Counted from the first letter of the stretch, positions 1-7,725 are shown. The stretch is DNA of 11,877 nt from an uncultured archaeon (GCA_964447495.1 CAYUTF010000093.1:1-11877); one strand, 5' to 3'. A program made the numbers and translations. Notes: generated from the letters alone by a model not told the origin.

Positions 1-171
1 TCCATTCTGATATATCCCCATAAACTCGGAAACCTAATGAAAATAAGTGTTTTATAGTTGATATTATGGATTTAATATATATAAAGATAATTGAAATATC
101 AAAATAAGGAAACAGTTATAATTTGAAGAATCATAATATAATCAACATAGAAGATTTTTTAAATTCTAAAA

Positions 172-786
172 ATGTTTGTCGCTCAGCATTTAAGTTCCTA
201 TAAAATAAAGATTTTAATAGTAGGAGCTTCCGATTCTGGGAAGATTGCTTTATGCTCAAAGTATACCAATGGATTTTCAAAAATATTTGAGGAATCTCTT
301 GGGGTTGATATCTTCGTTAGGGAACAAGAAAATCCCGACGGTGAAGAAATAACCTATGCGTGCTGGGTTTGTGCTCCTCAAAAAAGATTTGAATATTATT
401 GGCCAAAATTTTTTAGAGGCGCTTCAGGCGCATTTATCATGTTTGATGTTACCAACAGAGATAGTTTTAATGATATACTATTCTGGTGCAAAACAATTAG
501 AAAGAATTTAGGATCAATTCCTATAATTTTATTAGGAAATAAAATTGATATAAAAAGCAAACGAGTTGTGAAGTTTGAAGAAGCTAAAAAGATTTCTGAG
601 CAATTAAAGCTTGCTGCGTATATAGAAATATCGGTAAAAGAGGATATTAATGTGTCTGCATCGTTTGAATTATTAAATGAAATAATATATAGCTTCTTAA
701 ACTCTGATACGGGAGATTTTAATCCTAAAGACATACAAAAATCCATTAAATTAAAGATAAATAAATTAAATCTTGATCATTGGTAA
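172..786 (+). CDS. Rab-like small GTPase (Ras superfamily) with degenerate G1/G3 motifs
   Basis: KILIVGASDSGK (G1), SLGVD (switch I, cf. TIGVDF), WVCAPQKRF (cf. WDTAGQERF), FFRGASGAFIMFDVTNRDSF (cf. YYRGAxGxxxVYDVTxxxSF), LLGNKID (G4), EISVK (G5). No C-terminal prenylation cysteines. Confidence 0.9.
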   Translation: MFVAQHLSSYKIKILIVGASDSGKIALCSKYTNGFSKIFEESLGVDIFVREQENPDGEEITYACWVCAPQKRFEYYWPKFFRGASGAFIMFDVTNRDSFNDILFWCKTIRKNLGSIPIILLGNKIDIKSKRVVKFEEAKKISEQLKLAAYIEISVKEDINVSASFELLNEIIYSFLNSDTGDFNPKDIQKSIKLKINKLNLDHW

Positions 787-803
787 AATATCAAGATTAT
801 TAA

Positions 804-815
804 GAAAGCTTTATT
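804..815 (+). promoter_or_regulatory. Putative archaeal BRE/TATA-like promoter element upstream of the maltokinase-like gene
   Basis: GAAAGCTTTATT lies about 90 nt upstream of ATG 906. The AAGCTTTA core recurs in two other intergenic regions (5492, 7828). The AT-rich background makes this weak. Confidence 0.3.
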
Positions 816-905
816 CTATATCTTTGATTAAATTGAGTTAGATATATATAACATTTGAATAAAATTTCAAATTATTAATATAAAATACTTTTAATTTTGA
901 TTAAT

Positions 906-2642
906 ATGAAAAACCTCATTGATAAGAACTTATTACAACAAGTATTCAATTCAAATGAATTTAAGGGATGGTTATTATCCCGAGGTTGGTTTGGAAATAA
1001 AACCACACTATCAAGTTTAATCTTTGATGTTTCTATAAAATATTATGAATTAATTTCAGATCACATTGTTTTACTTGTAATTGAGATAAAAACTCAAACA
1101 TTTGTGAAGAATTATTTTTTACCGCTGATTTACTATGAAAAAATAGATGATATTCTTGAGAAGAGGGAGAAAGTAAGTGAGAATATAGTTAAGTTAACAG
1201 AAAATACATTTAGCAAGATGCTAGCAATATATTTTCATGATGAGAAGGAAGAAAGAGTAATTACACTCAACCTTATCGAAGCAGAATACTGCGCTTTCTT
1301 TTGGAGGAAAATTCTTTTTGATAAAAAGCTATCTGAAAATTTTCCGCTCCATTCATTACGTTTAACGCTCTTTACCGAACAATTTGAAGATGAGATAAAT
1401 ATGAGGAAAGTGCAAACCTTAATAGAAGCGGGACTGTATCCTGATAGATATGAATTTTCACTGCAGCAAGTTGGGGGGGCAAATGCTACTAATTTACTCT
1501 TTCGTATTAATATTTTTAATAAAAAAACACCTAATGCACAAGCTTATTCTTTTGTATTAAAATCATATAAAAACTATTCCCAGGGATTAGAAACAAAATC
1601 TTTATATGTTCTTGTCAAAAATAATTTCCCCAATTCACCAAAAATCTATGGGACAATTAGATTCTACGATAATGAGGTAATAGGAATACTCCAAAATATA
1701 GAAAATGAAGGAAATCTTGGTGATATTTATTGGAATGAAGTTAATTTCATGGTAAATGATGTGATTAAGGATGTGAATGCAGATTATTCATATCTCCATA
1801 ATGATGATGAAATTCTCGATATTATTAAAAATTGTTGTAGGGAGAGTTTGATTGTCTCAAAAAAAATAGGACTCGAGATTAAAAATTTACATAAAGCATT
1901 AATTCTTCCAGAAATCTCCCAGTATTCTAAACTAGTTGTCAATAGTCAAGAATATTTAAATACATATAATCAGAAACTAATCACGATGGTTTTAAAAATA
2001 CAGGAGAATATGAAGAGAAAGGGAGGGACTATGTTTTATTCATCACCTAAAATAAGGGCTATCATAATAGATATTCAAGATATCATAGAGAAATACCGTT
2101 CAGAATTTATATCTGATCACATAAAAATCCAACCGGTTCACCAAGACCTTCATATGCAAAAAATTTTATTTAGTAAGATTGATAATGACTATAAATTTTG
2201 GTTCATTGACTTTGAGGGAGATCCACAATTGTTATTGGAAGAAAAAACCCAAAAATTTCCGATAGAGAAAGATTTAGCTTCGTTTTTGCGCTCACTAAGT
2301 TATATTAAGTTTTATACATTACTCAATTTTATTGAAAAGAAAATAATTGAAAAAGACGAATATAGAGTTCCCGAGGAATTTCTTTTTAGTTTATTTTTCA
2401 GAAAAGCAGCTAAAATATCTCAGAAAGATAAGACCTTAGAAACGCTATTATATATCTTAAATATGTGGGAGCGCCAAATGATGAATAAAATTTTTGATAA
2501 AAGTTTAAAAATTAATTTTACATTGATTAACTATTTCACCATCGAAAGAGCTTTACATGAGTTAGATTATGAACTTCTCTATAGACCTAGTAAAATAATC
2601 ATTCCGATACTTGGTTTGAAAGAATTGATTGATAAAATATAA
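906..2642 (+). CDS. Maltokinase (Mak/Pep2, TreS C-terminal)-like kinase, APH/ePK-like fold
   Basis: N-cap WLLSRGWFGNK (cf. WLxxQRWFxGK), FVLKSYK (ATP-binding Lys), VHQDLHMQKIL (cf. IHGDLHLGQVL), FIDFEGDP (cf. IIDFEGEP), KDLASFLRSLSY (cf. RDVAGMLRSFDY), IERALHELDYELLYRP (cf. LEKAxYExxYExxxRP). ATG 906 is preferred over the in-frame TTG 897. Confidence 0.8.
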   Translation: MKNLIDKNLLQQVFNSNEFKGWLLSRGWFGNKTTLSSLIFDVSIKYYELISDHIVLLVIEIKTQTFVKNYFLPLIYYEKIDDILEKREKVSENIVKLTENTFSKMLAIYFHDEKEERVITLNLIEAEYCAFFWRKILFDKKLSENFPLHSLRLTLFTEQFEDEINMRKVQTLIEAGLYPDRYEFSLQQVGGANATNLLFRINIFNKKTPNAQAYSFVLKSYKNYSQGLETKSLYVLVKNNFPNSPKIYGTIRFYDNEVIGILQNIENEGNLGDIYWNEVNFMVNDVIKDVNADYSYLHNDDEILDIIKNCCRESLIVSKKIGLEIKNLHKALILPEISQYSKLVVNSQEYLNTYNQKLITMVLKIQENMKRKGGTMFYSSPKIRAIIIDIQDIIEKYRSEFISDHIKIQPVHQDLHMQKILFSKIDNDYKFWFIDFEGDPQLLLEEKTQKFPIEKDLASFLRSLSYIKFYTLLNFIEKKIIEKDEYRVPEEFLFSLFFRKAAKISQKDKTLETLLYILNMWERQMMNKIFDKSLKINFTLINYFTIERALHELDYELLYRPSKIIIPILGLKELIDKI

Positions 2643-2646
2643 ACTT

Positions 2647-3246
2647 TCATTTTATATTTGCGAATTTGTAGGAATAATGGGAAGATGTTTTATTTTCGGG
2701 CTGTATCTCCTTATTATATTGATCCCGCAGACTTTTACTTCCTTTAAGTTCTTCTTCAATAAATCGCGGATTAAATTCTTTTTTTTTAAACAATCTGTAA
2801 GTGAAAGCCTCAACAAATCGTTGGGGTCCAAACTTTTTTGTTATTAAAATGGAATTTTCCTTGTCACTAAAAAAGGGAAAAAATCCTAAACTATCACATA
2901 AATTTAACTTATATTCAATGTCATCTTCTTTCCCATTAATTCTTCCAATATCATTAATAAAACGAGCTAATTTATCTCCAAGTTTAATTTGTTCCTCCTC
3001 ATTAAGTTTTGTTATGATTTTCCTTAAGTAACTACGTTTTATTATAATGAAGTCTCGATTATTTAATGATTTAATAGAAGACTTTTGTTTCAAGACGTAT
3101 TTTGATAATTCTAAATAATTACGAATTAAGTCTGCTTTAGATACTCCTAGCCTATTTCTCATATAATCCAGATGATCATTCAATTCACTATCTATTCGAA
3201 TTGTTATTATCTTCTGATTACTTTTTGATTCCTTTTTTTGACTCAA
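2647..3246 (-). CDS. Ribbon-helix-helix (CopG/MetJ/Arc-like) DNA-binding protein with an uncharacterised C-terminal domain
   Basis: N-terminal IITIRIDSELNDHLDYMRNRLGVSKADLIRNYL fits the RHH pattern (beta ribbon, helix, GxSxxxLIR helix). The TTG start is supported by GGAG on the minus strand (3257-3260), 10 nt upstream. Confidence 0.8.
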   Translation of the reverse strand: MSQKKESKSNQKIITIRIDSELNDHLDYMRNRLGVSKADLIRNYLELSKYVLKQKSSIKSLNNRDFIIIKRSYLRKIITKLNEEEQIKLGDKLARFINDIGRINGKEDDIEYKLNLCDSLGFFPFFSDKENSILITKKFGPQRFVEAFTYRLFKKKEFNPRFIEEELKGSKSLRDQYNKEIQPENKTSSHYSYKFANIK

Positions 3247-3270
3247 AAGTTATAATCTCCAAATAAATTT

Positions 3271-3305
3271 ATTGTATTCTTTGTAATGTATTGTAATCAA
3301 TGTAA
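3271..3305. promoter_or_regulatory. Phased (A/T)TGTA(A/T) direct repeats, candidate RHH operator
   Basis: TTGTAT 3272, TTGTAA 3281, TTGTAA 3291 and ATGTAA 3300, spaced 9-10 bp apart, 25-60 nt upstream of the RHH start codon. Confidence 0.45.
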
Positions 3306-3854
3306 CTATATTAATCTTTTGTAGTAAATTGCCTTTTTTTTTTGAAAGTTTTTGATTATCATTTATCTATGTTTTTTATTTGATACAATTTAATCCCAAT
3401 ATAGCAAATTAATATAAGAAAATTACTATAAGATGTGATAGTTATCTAAATTTAAGAAAAAGAATATTATTAAAAATACTAATACTTCAAAAATTATACA
3501 ATCATATAATTTCTATTTTCGCTTTAAAACTTACATAATCATATAAATAAAGTTTTAACTAAATAATAATATCGAATAGAATTTAATTTTGAAAATTAAT
3601 TACATAAAATCTTGTATCTCAACTAATATCAGCACATTTTATGATTAGGTTATTGATTAAAAAAAAAAAACCAAGAACTCCATTTTATGGGTTTACTTAA
3701 TTAGACATTTCAATCGTATTCAAGTGTTATTTAATGTAAGAAATTGATTACAAATGATTATTAGATCACACTTAAAAGTATGAATATATTTTGTTTTTAT
3801 GTACCCAATAGTAAAAAATGAGTTAAAATTCTTAGTAAGGGTTGAATTTTATCT

Positions 3855-4214
3855 ATGGAAATAAGCGAATCAAATTTATCAAACTCAGAAATTCGATCAT
3901 CAATTGAAATTCGATTGAAAAATGATATCAAAGATGAAAATATTGTAATTGATCTGGATAATGTTATTGAATTGATCGTAAAAGCACTCTCATCAAAAAC
4001 GAGGCGTGATATCCTTCATCAAATACAAACAGAAAATAATGGAATGGATGTTTCTAATATTGCAAAAAAGCTTGATATGACTGAAGCAAACATTTCGGCA
4101 CAAATTAAAAAGCTCGAAGAGGCAAATTTGATTGAATGTGATTATTGTTCAGGTCAACATGGTGTAAGAAAAATCAGCAAGATAAAGTATAACCAACTTA
4201 TTGTTAATTTTTAA
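3855..4214 (+). CDS. ArsR/SmtB-like winged helix-turn-helix transcriptional regulator
   Basis: KALSSKTRRDIL...MDVSNIAKKLDMTEANISAQIKKLEEANLI is the ArsR-type wHTH signature. The wing carries CDYCSGQHGVRK. Confidence 0.88.
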   Translation: MEISESNLSNSEIRSSIEIRLKNDIKDENIVIDLDNVIELIVKALSSKTRRDILHQIQTENNGMDVSNIAKKLDMTEANISAQIKKLEEANLIECDYCSGQHGVRKISKIKYNQLIVNF

Positions 4215-4281
4215 TCTTTATTCCTCTTTTTAATATGTGATTTCTCAAAGGATTTAGTTACCTCTTTATTGAATTTTTATG

Positions 4282-5427
4282 CTATTGAGTTAACATAGAA
4301 TTAATAAGGGTATTCTTGATCTTCTCAAAATGACCTAAATTAACTTTTAGAAGATCTTGAAGTGCTTCAGTTAACCCAATCTTACTTATTTTTTCGGTAA
4401 TGGTAAAATATGGGCTTTCCTTTATTACTTTTATCAATGCCTTATTTTTTTCTATACCACTTAAGAGAAAAGTTTTAGGTTTAATCTTCTCAGTATTAAG
4501 GATCCTCTGTATAATGGCAAGTAACATTGTATCAAATGTTATTCTTAATACAATTTCTCTATCAAAGTCCTTTTTTATAGGAAGAAGATATTCCTTAAGT
4601 AATGATATTGATTGCTCGAATAATTGAATGGAATCAAATCCAAGGTTTTCGATTTTTTCTTTAAAGTCAGGATTATTGTTAATACTTAAACAGATTGAAG
4701 AAATTACCTGATATTCAGCAATAAAGTGGATAAATCGTGCTTTTGCATTGAGCATTGTCTCCTTAGATTCCGCGTCGTCTAATAAGTCTCCTAAATTATC
4801 AAGAGCTTTTCGGAAGTAGGATGAGATTACATAGAATTTCTCAGAAGCGGCTTCTAATTCATTATTGTTTAATAATAAAAGAGCTCTTTTCTCTTCTTCT
4901 TGATAGAGTTCTTCAAACTTATTTATTTTCATTACCGCTCTTAAGATTAAGTGTTTACCAAGATCTTTTGTTTGGTGAGCCTTTTCAAATGATTGCCCTG
5001 CTTTTAATAATAAAATTGAGGCTAAATTTCGGTATTCATCAGGATCTGTTTCATATAAATAATCTGATGCCTTACTCCAACTTTCACCAGCGGTTTCCCA
5101 ATCATTCATTCTATAAGATATATTTCCCAGTTGAATTAAAAGTTTTGCTGAAATTTCATATAATTTGAGTTCTTCTGTTTTTCTAATAATGGATTTCAAT
5201 CGATAAACAGCTTGAATATTATTTTTAAATTGCAATATGATTTGCGTGATCCGGATAAATAATTCATCTAATTTAATATAACTGCCTAAATCTAGATAAA
5301 TTTGAGCCGCTTTTTCATATATTTTTATAGCCTCATCACCGTTTCCCTTATCAGCAAATGTTTCGGCTCTATCTATCAATTTTATTGCTTCTATCTCTTT
5401 TTCTTCATCGTCATTATTATTATACAT
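4282..5427 (-). CDS. TPR/alpha-SNAP-like all-helical repeat protein
   Basis: Repeated helical-hairpin motifs AIKIYEKAAQIYLDLG, SAKLLIQLGNISYRMNDWETAGESWSKASDYL, ASILLLKAGQSF and LEAASEKFYVISSYF; 381 aa uninterrupted ORF. Confidence 0.65.
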   Translation of the reverse strand: MYNNNDDEEKEIEAIKLIDRAETFADKGNGDEAIKIYEKAAQIYLDLGSYIKLDELFIRITQIILQFKNNIQAVYRLKSIIRKTEELKLYEISAKLLIQLGNISYRMNDWETAGESWSKASDYLYETDPDEYRNLASILLLKAGQSFEKAHQTKDLGKHLILRAVMKINKFEELYQEEEKRALLLLNNNELEAASEKFYVISSYFRKALDNLGDLLDDAESKETMLNAKARFIHFIAEYQVISSICLSINNNPDFKEKIENLGFDSIQLFEQSISLLKEYLLPIKKDFDREIVLRITFDTMLLAIIQRILNTEKIKPKTFLLSGIEKNKALIKVIKESPYFTITEKISKIGLTEALQDLLKVNLGHFEKIKNTLINSMLTQ

Positions 5428-5537
5428 TTAAGTAATCACTATATCAAGATGGAATTTTTAAATTTTCATTCTAATACCTTTTTAAAGAAATAAGCTTTAT
5501 TTAAGTTTTGGCTATAAATTAATTGATTTCTAAATAC

Positions 5538-6422
5538 TTAGAATGAATGAAAAAGCTTAATATTATGATCTTTTAGCATATTTCCAAATGCTCTTGCTTG
5601 ATAAACTGATGCAAAGCATTCTTTGGCATCTTCTATAGCCCCATAAAAGAGAAAATTAGAAAATAAGCTTGCAATAGACATTATACTAGCTCTTCGATAG
5701 CGTGTATGAAATCGAGCATTTAAACGAGGAGAAGAATATTTAAACAAAAATAAACTTGGAGCGGTACCTACGGGTACTTTAAGAGACTTACTTATAATTT
5801 GTTGGGTTTCCAGAATATGAGCTAAGCTTTCTAAATCAATAACTCCCCCATCAATTAAAATTCTTTGGACACCTCTTTCTTTTAATCCTGAAATCAAACT
5901 TTGATTATTTGGTTGGCTTTTATCTGTTATATATGCAAATCTTTGAGTAGAGGACATATTTGCTGAACCAAGAATTAAAATTACAATATTTTTAATTTTA
6001 AAGTTTTGAATTGCATTAACTTCCTTTGGATTTTTTAAATTTGAAATAGAATTGTAAATATAATCATTTGGCTCAATTCCTTGGTCATGGAGATATTGAA
6101 TTCCTGCCATTCTTGCCTCAAAAGCACCACCTAAGACAAAGGGGGGATTAAAGTTTCCTAAGTAAAATTTAAGATACTCAATCATTGAATTAGGCTCATA
6201 TGCAGAGATTTCTATCAAACTAGGCAATTTGTATTGCTCAGATAATGCTTTTTGAGCATTAATTCTTTTTTTCGCTTTTTCTCGATCGAACTTAGCCGAA
6301 TTTCCTCTCTCTATTAAGGTTTGACCTTGATAAAAAATAGTCCCAATTAAAATAGGGGGAAGATCAAAATTGCCATACCCTAATTTAAAGTCTCCAATAT
6401 AAAAAAATGAATTTTCAGGCAT
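5538..6422 (-). CDS. MtrH/MtgA-family pterin-binding methyltransferase homologue (divergent, stand-alone)
   Basis: PPILIGTIFYQGQTLI...FDREKA (cf. MtrH PTVLxGTIFYxxHKIV...FDxxxA), YIYNSI, ILIDGGV and FLFYGAIE (cf. DFxLYGPIE). The 294 aa length is typical of the family. Confidence 0.8.
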   Translation of the reverse strand: MPENSFFYIGDFKLGYGNFDLPPILIGTIFYQGQTLIERGNSAKFDREKAKKRINAQKALSEQYKLPSLIEISAYEPNSMIEYLKFYLGNFNPPFVLGGAFEARMAGIQYLHDQGIEPNDYIYNSISNLKNPKEVNAIQNFKIKNIVILILGSANMSSTQRFAYITDKSQPNNQSLISGLKERGVQRILIDGGVIDLESLAHILETQQIISKSLKVPVGTAPSLFLFKYSSPRLNARFHTRYRRASIMSIASLFSNFLFYGAIEDAKECFASVYQARAFGNMLKDHNIKLFHSF

Positions 6423-6531
6423 ATTTATATCCTTTTTCCTTAAAATGATTATTCATTAATTCTATTTAATACTCTATTCAAACTATTTTGATAGAATTAA
6501 AATCAAGTATAATATAATGTTGGTATGATAT

Positions 6532-7725
6532 TTAAAATAAATGTAGCTTAACACCACAATTTTTACATCGGTTATTTTGTAAATCATCAAAACATGATTT
6601 ATGGTATAAAGTTTTACAATTTCCACACCGAATTAATTCTTGACCTTCTTCGAATATAAAATTACAAACTGGACATGATCCAAATACGTCATCTTCTTTT
6701 AAATCATCATATTTAGTAAGGATTGCTTCTGAAATTTCTGATCCTTTTGATTCAGGTCTTTCTTGTATACGCGGCTTTACTAAACTCGTTAGTTTTCTTG
6801 CTTGAGAAACTTCAGTAGGAATTTTTAAAAGGTAAAAACAATGAGGACATCTTACTGTTCCTGCTCTCCGCATCTTACTATCTTTTTGTGAATCTGCCCA
6901 TGCCGCTAAACAATGAATATGAAATGGTGTTTGACAGTGAGGACAATATCTACCACTAATAAAGAAGGAACTCTTGGTATAAGGATTTGTATCAGAAAAG
7001 CAAATAGAGCATTTTTTATAATCTGCTAAACCTCTTATTTGCAATAAACGTTGTTCTTGATCCTTTGTAAGATCTTGAACTCGTAGTAAATCAGCAGATA
7101 TTTTCCTTAAAAATTTAGGACTTTTCATTACTGATGCCTTACTATCACCATAGGTTTTGATGTTTGAATTGGCTAATTCTTGGACAGCTCTCATTAATGA
7201 TTCAAAATCGTTATTATAGTGATATGTTCCATTCGTAAGATCACTTATCTTTTTAAGAATATTAGAGGTATTTCCTCCTCCTAAGCGAAAAGAATCGATT
7301 TTTATATTTAATCCTTGTGCTAATCGCGCCATTTTTATTGGATCTACAGACATCTTTGTATAATTACCATCAGTTATTAACACTATTTTCGGAGTTTTTG
7401 CTGCGATTTTTCTTAATTCTGCAATAATCATTTTTATTGATAATGCCAATGCTTCTCCTAATGCAGACTTACCGGATAACTCTAATGAATCTAAGCTATC
7501 ATATAATAACTCTTTCGTGTTTGTAAACTCTACAAGTTTTTTTGGTTTATCTGAAAATTTAATAATAGCGAAATAACTAGAAGTATCTTCTAAGAATCGA
7601 TCATTTATTAGTTTTTTAACTGCGTTGATACTTGTTTGTAACCGATTTGGAGGGTAATCCGTTCGATACATTGATCTTGAGGTATCTATACAAATTATAA
7701 TATTTTCCGGCAATCTTTCAGACAA
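6532..7725 (-). CDS. VWA domain protein with two C-terminal C4HC3 RING/PHD-like zinc fingers (p44/Ssl1- or Rpn10-like VWA; putative E3 ligase)
   Basis: IIICIDTSRSMYRTDYPPNRL (MIDAS DxSxS) and VLITDG. Finger 1 is CSIC...CPHCQTPFHIHCLAAW...CPHC (6838-7011). Finger 2 is CPVC...CGNCKTLYHKSC...CKNC (6556-6675). TTG start. Confidence 0.85.
   Translation of the reverse strand: MSERLPENIIICIDTSRSMYRTDYPPNRLQTSINAVKKLINDRFLEDTSSYFAIIKFSDKPKKLVEFTNTKELLYDSLDSLELSGKSALGEALALSIKMIIAELRKIAAKTPKIVLITDGNYTKMSVDPIKMARLAQGLNIKIDSFRLGGGNTSNILKKISDLTNGTYHYNNDFESLMRAVQELANSNIKTYGDSKASVMKSPKFLRKISADLLRVQDLTKDQEQRLLQIRGLADYKKCSICFSDTNPYTKSSFFISGRYCPHCQTPFHIHCLAAWADSQKDSKMRRAGTVRCPHCFYLLKIPTEVSQARKLTSLVKPRIQERPESKGSEISEAILTKYDDLKEDDVFGSCPVCNFIFEEGQELIRCGNCKTLYHKSCFDDLQNNRCKNCGVKLHLF

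Noticed and set aside
1-171. Possible start of a minus-strand gene at the left edge (ATG at 21 or 5)
   Set aside because: Only a few codons are in the window, so the call cannot be supported.
396-746. 116-aa minus-strand ORF
   Set aside because: Lies antisense within the Rab-like gene and has no recognisable motifs; shadow ORF.
2779-2787. A9 run (minus strand) in the RHH gene as a slippage/phase-variation site
   Set aside because: It encodes in-frame lysine codons, the ORF is intact, and such runs are expected at this AT content.
2629-3031. Two short plus-strand ORFs (72 and 76 aa)
   Set aside because: Antisense to the RHH gene, with Phe/Ser/Leu-rich shadow composition.
2647-3305. RHH gene as the antitoxin of a toxin-antitoxin pair
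   Set aside because: No co-oriented small toxin ORF is adjacent, and the protein is much longer than typical RHH antitoxins.
3247-3854. Possible CRISPR array, tRNA or replication origin in the long spacer
   Set aside because: No repeat-spacer periodicity, no GC-rich cloverleaf, no G-string ORB-like boxes and no adjacent cdc6/orc1 gene.
4400-5493. Three plus-strand ORFs (75, 115 and 63 aa)
   Set aside because: Antisense to the TPR/SNAP-like gene; their hydrophobicity mirrors Lys/Glu codons on the coding strand.
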